Source: Methanobacteriota archaeon (GTDB taxonomy: Archaea > Halobacteriota > Bog-38 > Methanoflorentales > Methanoflorentaceae). Taken from it: a stretch of 64,000 nucleotides of DNA. The notes beneath the pieces are model-generated. The model searched no databases. It had not been told where the DNA came from and worked only from the letters and a program-made list of their open reading frames with translations. This document shows, one piece after another, positions 10,648 to 21,668 of this stretch (positions are counted from its first letter, which is position 1; the number at the start of each line of letters is the position of its first letter). The position numbers and the translations under genes are program-made. The stretch spans positions 1,376,001 to 1,440,000 of the forward strand of contig OY970393.1 of the NCBI GenBank assembly GCA_963720465.1, read 5' to 3'.

Positions 10648-10764
10648 GGCAAGCGGCGTTCGCACTGGGGCAGGAGTCGTTCGTTACTCCTAAGCGTGCT
10701 AAATCCTTATGCCTCAAAGAGAGAGGTTAAGTACGACGTTCAACAACCGACACAATGTGAGACC

Positions 10765-11937
10765 ATGATTTATCTTGATCACGCCGCGACCACTCCGATG
10801 CGCCCTGAGATCCTCGACGTGATGCGCCCATACTTTTTAGAGCGCTTCGGAAACCCCTCGAGCCTCCACGCCTATGGGCTTGAGGCGCGCAAAGCGATCG
10901 AGGACGCGCGAGAACAGATAGCGCACGCGATTGGAGCCGCCCCGGCAGAGATCGTTTTTACGTCAGGGGGAACTGAATCGGACAACATGGCTTTGCGTGG
11001 AGTGCTACGCAAGCGCAGTGGCGACCATGTCATCACCTCCACGATCGAACATCCCGCGGTTCTCGAGACGTGCAAGTTTCTTGAGCAGCTTGGACACGAG
11101 GTGACTTACGTTTCTGTTGATGATGACGGCCGGATAAATCCCGGCGAAGTGGAAGAGGCGATTCGAGACAACACGCGACTCATATCAATAATGCATGCTA
11201 ACAACGAGATCGGCTCAATACAGCCCATAGCTGAGGTTGGAGCGATCGCCGCGTCACACGGCGTCTACATGCATACCGATGCCGTCCAGAGCGTCGGGAA
11301 GATTCCAGTGGACGTGGCCGCTCTCAATGTGGACATGCTCTCCGTGTCATCACACAAGATATACGGACCGAAAGGGGTCGGATGCCTCTACGTTCGGAAG
11401 GGCACCAAACTGAAACCGCTCATTTTCGGTGGCGGCCACGAGGGCGGCCTCAGAAGTGGCACCGAGAACGTGTCGGGTATTATTGGCTTTAGTGAGGCAA
11501 TGCGACTGGCGATGGAAGATTTCGCGGATAATGTCCGCATACAAAGACTCAGGGATCAGCTAATCGACGCCGTACTGCAAGAGATACCCGACACTCGGCT
11601 CAATGGTGGAAAGGAGTACCGTCTTCCGAACAACGCCAATTTCAGCTTCAGCTACATCGAGGGGGAGTCGCTAGTACTCCGCTTGAACGCAAAGGGGATT
11701 GCTGGATCCACTGGTTCCGCCTGCTCATCAAAGAAGCTTGAACCATCACACGTGCTGCTGGCGATCGGCCTGGACCCCGTTGATGCTCACGGCAGTCTGA
11801 GGCTCACCTTAGGGAGAGAAACAACGGAAGCAGATGTGCGATACGTAAACGAAGTCCTCCCCGAGATCGTTGATCAGCTGCGGCAGATGTCGCCTCTCTG
11901 TGCGTGCAACGATGACAGCTACGAGAAGTCCGAATAG
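10765..11937 (+). CDS. iscS: cysteine desulfurase
   Basis: YLDHAATT, GNPSS, SSHKIYGPKG (PLP Lys) and STGSACSS (catalytic Cys) motifs. Confidence 0.95.
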   Translation: MIYLDHAATTPMRPEILDVMRPYFLERFGNPSSLHAYGLEARKAIEDAREQIAHAIGAAPAEIVFTSGGTESDNMALRGVLRKRSGDHVITSTIEHPAVLETCKFLEQLGHEVTYVSVDDDGRINPGEVEEAIRDNTRLISIMHANNEIGSIQPIAEVGAIAASHGVYMHTDAVQSVGKIPVDVAALNVDMLSVSSHKIYGPKGVGCLYVRKGTKLKPLIFGGGHEGGLRSGTENVSGIIGFSEAMRLAMEDFADNVRIQRLRDQLIDAVLQEIPDTRLNGGKEYRLPNNANFSFSYIEGESLVLRLNAKGIAGSTGSACSSKKLEPSHVLLAIGLDPVDAHGSLRLTLGRETTEADVRYVNEVLPEIVDQLRQMSPLCACNDDSYEKSE

Positions 11938-12204
11938 TTACTGACGGAGCCACCCGCGACCCTGCTTCGTTGTCTGGCGACCTGCCTTATGTGGCACACA
12001 GTCGCACGCTGATGCTGATAGATCACGGTAAAGGGCCCGAAGCTCCAGTAGGTGCAGTCTTCAGGCCGGATCGCTCCAGGCTCTTTTTGCCGAAAAGACC
12101 TCCGGTTTCCCCGGCGGCCCCGATGAAAGGCTCTTATGGGAAGAATGACAATCTTTCAGTTGACAGAAATGTAACGGCGCTCAGCGTCGAGCTTCCGGGG
12201 ATCT

Positions 12205-13296
12205 ATGCCGAATAGCAGCGCGTCTATCGTAATCCCTACCTACAATGAGCGGGAAAACGTCCCCCAACTTCTGGAACGAATCCATCGTTCTATGGGATCA
12301 TTGGGGGATCCTTTTGAGATCGTCATTGTTGACGATGACAGCCCTGACGAAACGTGGAAAGTTGCATCACAGCAGTCAAACGGTGATCAGGTGCGGGTCA
12401 TACGAAGACAGGGCGAGAGAGGGCTCGCTACCGCCGTGCTGACAGGGATTCAAGCAGCGAATTATGACGTAGTAGTCGTCATGGACGCTGACTTACAACA
12501 TCCTCCCGAAAAGATACCAGAACTAGTTTCGCTCGTGCAAAATGGAGCGGATATTGCGATCGGAAGTCGATTTGCTGAGCAAAGCGCTTTGGAAGGTTTC
12601 AGCTTCTCAAGACATTTACTATCTAAAGGTGCAGACCTTCTTGCCCGAACGCTTTTCAGAGAGATACGCAGCATCAAGGACCCCGAGTCCGGGTTTTTCG
12701 CCTTCAAAAAGAACGTCATTGCCCACGCAAACCTTAGCCCGGTAGGCTATAAGATACTGCTTGAGATACTTGTTCAAGGAGAGTATAAGACGGTCTCAGA
12801 GGTCGGCTATACGTTTGACAAGCGGGGGGGTGGAGTGAGCAAACTCGGAGCGAAAAACGCAGTCGATTATCTCCATCATACGTCGAGTCTTTTTTTGCGA
12901 TCCGGAGAGTTCCATCGTTTCTGGAAATTTGTCGCCGTGGGCGCAGTTGGCGTTATTTTGAATTTGACGGTACTATATGCGTTTACTGAACTCGGGGTTT
13001 TCTATCTGCTATCGGGAGTCTTTGCCATAGAAGCAGGTCTATTGTCAAACTTCGTTTTGAACAGGTCGTGGACATTCAGAGACAGAGTCACAAGCGGGCT
13101 TCGATACACACTCACGGCCCTTTATAGAGATCATGCCGTGCGGTTTGTAGGGATCGTGCTGAACCTACTGACCTTGTGGCTATTGACGAGTCTATTTGGT
13201 CTATATTATCTAACGTCGCAACTCATCGGAATAGGCGTAGCGGTATTGTGGAACTATAGCGGAAATCAGTGGTGGACCTGGGAGCCGACGTTATAA
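12205..13296 (+). CDS. dolichol-phosphate mannosyltransferase-like GT2 fused to a GtrA domain
   Basis: PTYNERENV, DDDSPD and MDADLQHPPE motifs; C-terminal 4-TM GtrA-like domain (KFVAVG...NRSWTF). Confidence 0.9.
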   Translation: MPNSSASIVIPTYNERENVPQLLERIHRSMGSLGDPFEIVIVDDDSPDETWKVASQQSNGDQVRVIRRQGERGLATAVLTGIQAANYDVVVVMDADLQHPPEKIPELVSLVQNGADIAIGSRFAEQSALEGFSFSRHLLSKGADLLARTLFREIRSIKDPESGFFAFKKNVIAHANLSPVGYKILLEILVQGEYKTVSEVGYTFDKRGGGVSKLGAKNAVDYLHHTSSLFLRSGEFHRFWKFVAVGAVGVILNLTVLYAFTELGVFYLLSGVFAIEAGLLSNFVLNRSWTFRDRVTSGLRYTLTALYRDHAVRFVGIVLNLLTLWLLTSLFGLYYLTSQLIGIGVAVLWNYSGNQWWTWEPTL

Positions 13297-13335
13297 TCTT
13301 GTCAAGCTCACTCGACTCGCCACAAGGCTGGAGCT

Positions 13336-13677
13336 TTAATCGCCCTGCACGAACGCCTCTCGGACTATCGCTTTCACCTCGTCAAGAACCTCTATGGCTT
13401 CTTCAGTCGATTGGACGCGATGAACGTCAACCCTGCCATTTCTGTATAAAGTGACACCGCGTCCTGCGTAGAAGAGCCGCGCCACGCCGAGTTTTTCAGC
13501 GCATTTGCCCGTATCACGCAGAATCCGACATAGTATTTCCATTGAAAACGGCTTGTCGAACGTGCCTTCAACTAAGATGCCGCCTCCCTTGCATGGTCTC
13601 ACTGAATGTGCGCCGTACTTTTCTTCTGGCATAGCGGCTTTAATGATGCGTTTCGGGTCTTTCTCGCTCCGATTCAT
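13336..13677 (-). CDS. hypothetical archaeal protein
   Basis: Protein-like composition (RPC...KLGVARL...VTLYRNGRV); start uncertain. Confidence 0.55.
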   Translation of the reverse strand: MNRSEKDPKRIIKAAMPEEKYGAHSVRPCKGGGILVEGTFDKPFSMEILCRILRDTGKCAEKLGVARLFYAGRGVTLYRNGRVDVHRVQSTEEAIEVLDEVKAIVREAFVQGD

Positions 13678-14291
13678 GAACTCAAAGCTACTTATCACGT
13701 TCGGAGAATGACCTGCAGTTAGTTTGGCTCGTTGTGGTCTTTCTGACTGCGCTTCATCCTGTTGATGCAGCTCGACGTAGCAAAAAAGCGAGTCGCTTGG
13801 CGACACCGTCTCGAATATGAAAACAAGGGCGGGAAAGTCTGTTCCACCAACAAAAACACACGAGCCAACAAGCTTTGAGGCTCGGCGACGATGGCAGCGG
13901 CGTTAGTGTGCCCCCGCAGCGCTAGAACTGTACTACACGCCCGAAGAGCTTGAATCATTTCTCACCTTCCGGCTGGCCGCGCTGTCACGCTACTCGCTTG
14001 GCTGACCGCGCCGTGCCGCTGCAGCATTCTGGGAATCCACACAAGGGAGCTAGCGCGTTCGTAAAAACGGGAAAAGACGGTCTGAAAAGGGACACTCTGA
14101 CAGGGCGAATCACGCCTTAAGGATCACAATATGAAGCAACTCATACCCCGAAACCCCGTTGATATTTCATCACACCTCCTAAATAACTGCAACTCTAAGT
14201 TAAGTGGAAAATGCAACGCGGAGCCCTTGCCAACCTCGACGATAAATTCTTCGGAAGTGCGGACAGTTGGTGACTCTTATTGGGCTTTGCC

Positions 14292-15581
14292 TTATTGTAT
14301 AATCACATTGGCTTGGGCGTGCGGATCCGATGGCTCATTCGAAGCATTCATCCGCTTCAAGGAGACCACCGCCAAGACTACAAGCAGGACTAACAGGATG
14401 TCGCGGGCCACGAGGATAGTCACCGCGGTGGCTTGAAAATTCTGCAGCTCAGAGTAATGCAAGGGAAAAATATCGTAGGTGAGTCCACCGATGAGAACAA
14501 AAGTCGCTAAAATCGGTATGCGCCATCGGCCGCATATTAGCGGAAAAATGGGCACTAGCCAAACGAAATACTGCGGCGAAAGGATTTTGCTGGTGGCCAT
14601 CGTGATCGCTAGCGTCAGTAAGGCATAAAGACCGAGACGGGTAAATTGGCTTTTGCCCGGTTTCACTTGTCGGTAGATAAACCAGTAAACTATCAGCAAA
14701 CTGACCACCATAATGTAGGGTGAGAATTTAGCAAGAACCGTGGCCGCCGGGTTTACGATATTCAGCGAACCGAACGAGTACTCTGCTCTAACTGTGGTGA
14801 AGCCCGACTTAGCCAGAACGATTACAATTGCGCTATACGTGCTTTCTATCTGAACTCCTCTCTGGCTATGATAGCTTACCAAATTCAGGATGCTGCCAGA
14901 TCCCAGAATAATAAAAGGCAGGATCGTGATCATGCAAACGGCGAGAAAGGTGATCGCCCCATCGCGGATTTGTTTGAGTTGACGGTTTTTGAAATAGATG
15001 AGCAAAAAGATAGGTGCAATCGCTATCGGGTATATCTTAGTCAGTGTACCCAAGGCTAACACGGCCCAGCTGGCATTATGCTTCCCAAGCCAGAAGAGAT
15101 AGATAGCTGCGAGCGTCATGACGGCCGGGATGATGTCAAACGTTTGAATGATGATCGGCCCAACCGCCAACACGGCCAGGGTATAAATCGACAGTGCTTT
15201 CCAAGGGGCCTCTCCTAACCGACGTGCGATATCAAATATCAGAAGGAGTCCGATAATATCGAAAACCAGGAGTTCGAACTGGAAAATCTTGGTATAGAGC
15301 GCATCAGAAGAAGTTATTATTCTGGGTAAACCAAAAAAGATCAGAGACAATGGAGGATATTCGAGGGTAAAATCGCGGTACGGCAACAAACCGCTTGCGA
15401 GTTTTGAGGCGTCCGCAAAATATACGCTAATATCCGTGTTCGTGGTCAAATAAAGGTGAAATAAGAACCCAAAAATAAAACCGTGAATCAGAATAAAAAG
15501 CGCGAGAGTGAGTCCCCCTCCAGATACCAGAAATTTTCTGAAGTGATTGATCGCCCCGTTTAAGCTTGGTGGAGTTTTCAT
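14292..15581 (-). CDS. GT87/DUF2029-like membrane glycosyltransferase
   Basis: PYRDFTLEYPP, KIYP, RGVQIES and KILSPQYFVW motifs; multiple TM segments; AT-richer than its neighbours. Confidence 0.8.
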   Translation of the reverse strand: MKTPPSLNGAINHFRKFLVSGGGLTLALFILIHGFIFGFLFHLYLTTNTDISVYFADASKLASGLLPYRDFTLEYPPLSLIFFGLPRIITSSDALYTKIFQFELLVFDIIGLLLIFDIARRLGEAPWKALSIYTLAVLAVGPIIIQTFDIIPAVMTLAAIYLFWLGKHNASWAVLALGTLTKIYPIAIAPIFLLIYFKNRQLKQIRDGAITFLAVCMITILPFIILGSGSILNLVSYHSQRGVQIESTYSAIVIVLAKSGFTTVRAEYSFGSLNIVNPAATVLAKFSPYIMVVSLLIVYWFIYRQVKPGKSQFTRLGLYALLTLAITMATSKILSPQYFVWLVPIFPLICGRWRIPILATFVLIGGLTYDIFPLHYSELQNFQATAVTILVARDILLVLLVVLAVVSLKRMNASNEPSDPHAQANVIIQ

Positions 15582-15823
15582 TGTACAAGAAGATCGGGCC
15601 GGACCTTGCTCAAATACTCAACAACGAAGCCCGCCTTGCCGACCGCCACGATCGGATTTAATATCAGAACCGGGATCAGGTAGACGAGCCCCCTTCCATC
15701 GTGCCCGTGGAAGGCAAGGACCGTTTTGCATAACGTGCCGAAGAAACCCCGAACGGCGCGCGCTTTGTCACCATCGAGTCGCTCTGCGGTCGTAATCACG
15801 ATCTGAGATGTTTCAATCCTCAT
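15578..15823 (-). pseudogene. truncated Cas6b-like N-terminal fragment
   Basis: ARAVRGFFG...FHGHDGRGLVYLIP resembles the Cas6b N-terminal RGFF...H.H....Y.YP motif; only 81 aa and no Gly-rich C-terminal loop. Confidence 0.5.
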
Positions 15824-16022
15824 TAAAGGCCCCCGAACATCAAACAATGTAAGAAAATGAGGATCGTATTAAAAGGTTGTTAATTGAGTGGTCCGAGGCG
15901 CTCATATTCGTTTGTTCACAGTTGTAAGGGACTACAAATATTTCAGCGCTCACTCGTGCCTCGGAGTATTTAACAGATAGCAAGATTGGGGTACGACTCC
16001 GCTGTTCAAAGACCCTCACACC

Positions 16023-16124
16023 GACTTCGAGATGACCCTTTTTCGTGGCGACCGCGCAATAATCAAAGGTACGCGCGACCCTGAGGCTGCCAAGAGCATC
16101 TACGCTCGATACGATGCCAGGTAA
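16023..16124 (+). pseudogene. C-terminal remnant of a MoeB/ThiF-family gene
   Basis: Translates as DFEMTLFRGDRAIIKGTRDPEAAKSIYARYDAR*, like the F.DGRAIIKGT.D...A.S.Y.RY tail of MoeB/ThiF proteins; no intact upstream part. Confidence 0.55.
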
Positions 16125-16190
16125 GGACGATTCCTCTACGTGCCGGAGAGCCCCACTGTGATTTGCGCATTTCGCATTTTTCCGGGCTTA

Positions 16191-17153
16191 CTAGAAGCCC
16201 CCTTGCAATCCGCACTCGTAGTGTGGCGGGGCCGTATGCACATCATTAATGAGCGATACGTCGAATATCTCCGTCTCGCTCATTCGCCTCGAGATGTATC
16301 CGAGCGCTTCAAGCGCGTTCACGAACTTCATCGTCGATGAAACGTATTCCGGAGGCAAAGAAGCGCAATACTTTGGAGAGATCTGATACGCTTCCCCCAC
16401 AAAGGCTGCATCCACAACCCCTGTCGTTCGAGCAACGATGCGCGCGCATTTGCCCGGGTGATGTCTGATCATCTCACACGCCACCTCGTGAGCGACGAGA
16501 AACCTTCGAAGAACCTCCTCATGACGAACCAAATCGTCTCTCATTGCCACAATTCCGTAGCTTGGGTTAAAGGGCCATAATCGTGCGGGGGGCATTATCG
16601 TGTGTGCCCCATAGTACCTCCGAGCTGCTACGGCGAGGGCAGGCGTGCCTGCAGCAGCTGCTATTTCAGCTTCCACGAGCGCATCAGGAAGAAAATCCGC
16701 CCAAGCATAATTGCTCACACGGACATCCTCGAGACGGTACTCTTTCAACAATTCGTTGACAATGACATCGTGAATCGAGCCCCGCGGTGGACAGCCTATG
16801 GCTCTCCCCGAAAACTGGCCGAGGAACGCTTGCATGCTCCTGCACTGATCAACCGTCCTTACATCTTCTCCCGCGACCATCAAAGTTCCTTCAATGTGCC
16901 CTCCAGCGATGCATATGAGCCCTGTACCTTTGTCAACGGCAATGATCGCCGGTGGAAGCCCGACGTAGCCGATGTCGAGGTGTCCATCGCGCATGGCGTT
17001 CACAAGATCGGGGCCCGATGGGAAAAGCGTCCACTCGGCCTCAACGTCATTATTCTTCAGAAGGGCTGTACCCATGAGGAGGAACGACGTATGGTACAGA
17101 GTGGGAAGATGCCCGATTCTTAGTGGGAGATGATTAGCTTCCTTCGTCAACAC
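16191..17153 (-). CDS. NitT/TauT-type ABC substrate-binding family protein
   Basis: LFPSGP, DIGYVGLPP, GGHIEGT and GSIHDVI motifs; no obvious signal peptide or adjacent permease. Confidence 0.8.
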   Translation of the reverse strand: MLTKEANHLPLRIGHLPTLYHTSFLLMGTALLKNNDVEAEWTLFPSGPDLVNAMRDGHLDIGYVGLPPAIIAVDKGTGLICIAGGHIEGTLMVAGEDVRTVDQCRSMQAFLGQFSGRAIGCPPRGSIHDVIVNELLKEYRLEDVRVSNYAWADFLPDALVEAEIAAAAGTPALAVAARRYYGAHTIMPPARLWPFNPSYGIVAMRDDLVRHEEVLRRFLVAHEVACEMIRHHPGKCARIVARTTGVVDAAFVGEAYQISPKYCASLPPEYVSSTMKFVNALEALGYISRRMSETEIFDVSLINDVHTAPPHYECGLQGGF

Positions 17154-17297
17154 CGTCTCCGCTTTGGCTTCATCGCATTTTTTAAGACGTTCTTGCTCAC
17201 ATTTACGCCTTTGGTCACAATTATTGGGCGATCAGCGGTACAATTACGAAATTTTAGCGTCGAGCAATACGGAAAGCATTGGATACCAAACCGTAGT

Positions 17298-17618
17298 ATG
17301 AGCGACGAGCAAGTTACCCGCGAACTGATTTGCGAAGAAGGGGCTCTTCGGTGCTTTGAATATCGTATCATCCGCTTCAAGCGTCCTTTTTTAGAGACAA
17401 CAGATCTCACTCTAGTCTCCGTGAAAAATGCGGGTGAAGCCAAGCGAATCAATGGCATCTCATCCATGATAATGGTTAGCGAAACTAGGCATCTTAGCGA
17501 AGAGCAATCCAGATTTTTTTCCACTGACCGCGTGCAGGTCGCGAATGCAGATTATCTGGAAAAGGATACTCGAATTCCTGTGATTCTTATCCCTGCCCAG
17601 CATATTCCTTCTTCCTAA
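17298..17618 (+). CDS. hypothetical protein
   Basis: 106-aa ORF (MSDEQVTREL...) filling an otherwise empty gap. Confidence 0.45.
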   Translation: MSDEQVTRELICEEGALRCFEYRIIRFKRPFLETTDLTLVSVKNAGEAKRINGISSMIMVSETRHLSEEQSRFFSTDRVQVANADYLEKDTRIPVILIPAQHIPSS

Positions 17619-17688
17619 TGCCTCAAACCGTCCGATTAGAGGACATACGGATTTTGTAGTAGCGAATCCGACGCTCAAAAAGCCCCTG

Positions 17689-18553
17689 TTAACGCTCACG
17701 CGTAGGCTCGTCTCTTGCGGAAATCAGCGAAATATCCATGCTGCCTGATCGAAACCACTCGAGATCCAAAGTGACGTAGATAAACCCAAGCTCCAAGAGC
17801 TTATCGGCTATAGCAGAGGAGTGCGTAAGGACCTTTCCGGCCTCCTCCCTGTCGACTTCAATGCGAGCGAAGTGATCATGATCCTCTAATTTTCACGTGC
17901 GTGATGCCGATCGCCTTTAACGCACGTTCAGCTTCTCTAAGCCTTTCAATTCTCTCGCCGGTTATGATCGTGCCGTAAGGAAATGAGGTGAAGAGACAAG
18001 CTGCGGACGGCGCATCTGCGTTCGATAAGCCGAGTCTGCGCGCGACGCTTCTCACTTCATCTTTAGTGAGATCCAGCAACGGCGAAACGACGCCGAGTTC
18101 TCGCAGAGCTTTCAAACCTGGTCTGGAGCCATTAAGATCAGAGGCGTTCGTGCCGTCCATGACCGCAGTGAAGTGTAGTTCCTCAGCCAGGTCGCGCAGC
18201 GCGCTAAAGATCAACTTCTTGCAGTAGTAACATCGTTCAGGATCGTTCTGCTTCACTTCGGGTACAGTCAACGGATTGAGGGCAATCACGATGTGGCGAA
18301 TGCCGATCTCGTTGGCGATCGCAGCCGCGTGCTCAATCTCGCCGTGATGAAGCGCACCGTTATCTACCGTTACAGCCACTGTTGCATCCCCAAAAGCCCG
18401 TTTGGCAAGCGCTGCAACGACCGAGCTATCAGCTCCGCCTGAAAAGGCTATCACTGCGCTGCTATGCGAGCGCATGTATGCTACGACCCTATCAAGTTCA
18501 GTATCTTGATGGCAGTAATTTCCCGCTGTTTCTATGGTGAGTCGGATCGACAT
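17689..18553 (-). CDS. larE: ATP-dependent sacrificial sulfur transferase LarE, with a +1 frameshift near 17884
   Basis: SGGADS PP-loop, RCYYCK, DGTNASD.RPG and AACL motifs; C-terminus DHDHFARIEV...YVTLDLEWFRSGSMD continues in another frame to TAA at 17689. Confidence 0.88.
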
Positions 18554-18863
18554 TGTCTGGTTGCACTCGACATGATTTTGATATAATGCTACAGATGATA
18601 ACAATTCTTGTAAAGAACCTAGCATATATGTATTCCAACGCACGAGTACCTTTTTACGATTTAAGCGGACGTGAGTCGAAGGCCAGCCAACATCCTCACC
18701 GTGGCGATGACGGTAATCAGTGTGACAGGCAACTGCACAACCTCCGCGTAAGCCTATGGCTCCTCGACTTACGGTGCACAACGAAGAGGCGAGAGAACAG
18801 GGGCAACTTGCACGCGTTATTGCAGCGGGCGGCTGGTCAACGGCATAAATGAGGGCACAAACG

Positions 18864-19856
18864 ATGGATAAGAGTGCGGAGACGAAAGCTTTTCTTATTG
18901 CAGAGGGCGGCGTGGACATTGATGAGCGTATACTTGGGCGCATTACGACTCCTGCGTCCGGGCCTGGTGCCGGACTAACGTCTTTTTTTTTACGATTTGA
19001 CGGTCACCGGGTGCGCCTGGGAATAAAACACAGTTCCCGTCTCAAGGCATCGCTTGAAGGGGATGAAGTGGTCATTCGCGACCACGAAAAAGAAATCGTC
19101 CGTGGGTATCTTGAAGATGCGATTGCCCATTGTCCTGAACAAGCGTATATCACGGTAAGCGAGGTGTGCATATTCGACTGCCAGTACTGCCCGGTGCCAC
19201 TCTTGGGAGGTTCGGTAAAAGACCAGAGCGATGTTGAAACGGCGATTTCAAGAATTCTCGCAGATCCGAAGCTCGCTCGTAAATTAAGATCCATAGCGTT
19301 GACTTCCGGTGTCGAAGAGTCACCACAGCGCGAAGTTGAGAGGATCGCAGCTATCGTTCGCGCATTAAGGGCGAAGTACGATCTCCCCATCGGCGTATCC
19401 GTATATCCTACGGAGAACTCCACAAAGCTATTGAAGGACGCTGGAGCAGACGAGCTAAAGTATAACGTGGAAACGATGGATCGTCAACTCTTCAAGACGA
19501 TGTGTCCAGGGCTTTCACTCGAATTCATTATGGAAACCCTCAAGGACGCTGTAGAGGTCTTCGGCCGAAACAAAGTCTTTTCCAATATCCTCGTCGGATT
19601 GGGGGAGAATGATGACACGATCATCAACGGCATGGAAGAACTTATCGGAATAGGCGTGATACCTATCCTTAGAGCAGTTGTCGAGCATCCCTTGCGGTCA
19701 CAAACAGGCATGCGACGACCGGATGCGGAACGGCTCTTGCGATTAGCGCGAAAAGAACGCAAACTCCTCGACCAGTACGGCCTACGAGCTGATTTGGCTC
19801 AAACGATGTGCGCGCCGTGTACGGGCTGCGATCTTGTACCGCATCGGGACGTCTAG
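18864..19856 (+). CDS. radical SAM protein (biotin synthase-like)
   Basis: CIFDCQYC motif, YNVET, GLGE and a C-terminal CxxCxxC. Confidence 0.88.
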   Translation: MDKSAETKAFLIAEGGVDIDERILGRITTPASGPGAGLTSFFLRFDGHRVRLGIKHSSRLKASLEGDEVVIRDHEKEIVRGYLEDAIAHCPEQAYITVSEVCIFDCQYCPVPLLGGSVKDQSDVETAISRILADPKLARKLRSIALTSGVEESPQREVERIAAIVRALRAKYDLPIGVSVYPTENSTKLLKDAGADELKYNVETMDRQLFKTMCPGLSLEFIMETLKDAVEVFGRNKVFSNILVGLGENDDTIINGMEELIGIGVIPILRAVVEHPLRSQTGMRRPDAERLLRLARKERKLLDQYGLRADLAQTMCAPCTGCDLVPHRDV

Positions 19857-19877
19857 CATTGATATACATGTATCCAA

Positions 19878-20599
19878 ATGGGTGCTGCGCACAAGGAAGA
19901 GAGCGGCATGGCCCATAGACTGGGTTTACACAGACTGCCCGCACCATTGACCTTTTACGTGCGGATAAATGCACTCTCCGAGTCGCACTTAAGTCAGGTC
20001 GCAAAGCTCAAGGATGTTTATGGCCCGGACCTGTTGCGGGATCTTTCGCAGTGGAAGTGGAACTATCCGCCAGCCGGCGACCCGTGTGGGCTTCTATATT
20101 GCTTAACGCACTGCGCCCCGAGGAATGGGCCGTTGCATGCCTCCGTCCCAATATGGTGAAAGACAGCGTCGTGCGCGGGTGCAAGACCTTTGCGTCGTAC
20201 GTCGTGCGACGCGGCAAGACCCTGCCCCAGTGGGTGATCGCCGCATTCTGGTGGGAAAGCATGGCCGCGCAAGGGGAGATGTCTGAGGAAGACCTCGCGC
20301 TCCTCATCGAGGGTTGGAAGGATCGTTTTCAGAATGCGGTATCGTGGTGGATGGAGCGAGGCGCGAACCCCCCCAATGCGCTTCCGCGCGAGCGCGACGA
20401 CGCGCTTCTCTGGCGGTGCTTTTTTAGCGACTTGTGGCACTCAGGAGCACTCGACGAGCAGACCAATACCATAAGCCCCATGCTCAAGCAGTCCGGCCCA
20501 CGCCTGGTGCCAGGAGGGCATAAAAGCCGAGGCAGGCTTCCGTCAGCGGTGCAAGCAGGGATCACCAAATATGTTTCAAGAGAGCCTAATGAAAACTAA
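19878..20599 (+). CDS. Trp-rich hypothetical protein, probably one gene split by a frameshift near 20082
   Basis: Two overlapping ORFs join (...PPAGD-PVWASILL...) if the CCC run at 20081-20083 is CCCC. Confidence 0.45.
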
Positions 20600-20937
20600 A
20601 CAACGAATGTTCGCCCAGCGATCAGTGTTCAACCGTCCTAGAAACGCTGTGTCGAATTCAACATCCACAGAGCGGGAAGACTGCAGCTAGCTTAAAATGC
20701 CTACAGAAGGTCAATCGCACCGAAAAAAAAATTCCGCTCAGCTTCGCGGACAGTTTTTTTGAACGTGCACCTGCCTGGGCAAGCTCATCGTAATCATGGC
20801 AGATACTACATGCATTGCACAGAACCACAGCAACAGAAATAGTTTTAGGAAATAGCAAAAAGAATGAAAGGCTGCGTGCATATTGTCGAAGTATGACCGT
20901 GAGGCCTTACAATCGCGATTTGATAAGCTTTTGAGGG

Positions 20938-21579
20938 ATGCATATGGACGATGCAACATTAGAAAATGAGCTTAAGGCGTTAGCTAAGAAAAATAACGCC
21001 CAGATTTATGAGATTGACCCGCGTGAAATTGTGGTGAGCGAATGGGTGAGATGGCGGTGCGTGTTTGGCTGCAAGGGCTTCGCAAAGCACCTCGGCTGTC
21101 CCCCATATGTCCCCGGCCCTTCGGAGACGAGAGCCCTCCTCAAAGAGTATTCAAAAGCATATATCGTGCACTTCAAGGGAATACCCGGAATGGAAGATAT
21201 CGACCCTACGAGCATACCTGAAGACTGGCATCAGTTTCTTGAAAGGCTCATCCGCTGGATAGGAGATACAGTGTATGAGCTCGAGCAGCACGCGTTTTAC
21301 AGAGGTTATTACAAATCTCTGGCATTTGCAGCGTACCCGTGTATTTACTGCGAGGAGTGCGTAGCTGAGCAATCAGAAGGAGTAGTAGATCTCTCGCTAA
21401 AAAGGAACTGCAGGCACGCGGAGAAGGTGCGAACTTCAATGGAAGCCGTCGGGATCGACGTATTTGCAACGGTGCGGAAGCTCAACTTGCCGATCGACGT
21501 AATTCCGTGCGAGAACAATGTTTACGGGAAGATAACCCACACCAATCTAAACTCGTATGGGCTGCTCCTCGTATATTAG
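20938..21579 (+). CDS. DUF2284 predicted metal-binding protein
   Basis: VRWRCVFGC...CPP, CIYCEEC, CRH and SMEAVGIDVFATV motifs. Confidence 0.85.
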   Translation: MHMDDATLENELKALAKKNNAQIYEIDPREIVVSEWVRWRCVFGCKGFAKHLGCPPYVPGPSETRALLKEYSKAYIVHFKGIPGMEDIDPTSIPEDWHQFLERLIRWIGDTVYELEQHAFYRGYYKSLAFAAYPCIYCEECVAEQSEGVVDLSLKRNCRHAEKVRTSMEAVGIDVFATVRKLNLPIDVIPCENNVYGKITHTNLNSYGLLLVY

Positions 21580-21668
21580 TGCGAGCTAGACGTGCCGCGC
21601 CTCAACGGCAAAGCGATTCTGAGCACAGCAGCATTTATGTCGGCCATCGTTACGGCCCTGCTCGGCAG

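Noticed and set aside
13719-13958. 79-aa ORF following a GAAGGTGA RBS-like site
   Set aside because: No recognisable motif and low coding plausibility; may be a decayed gene
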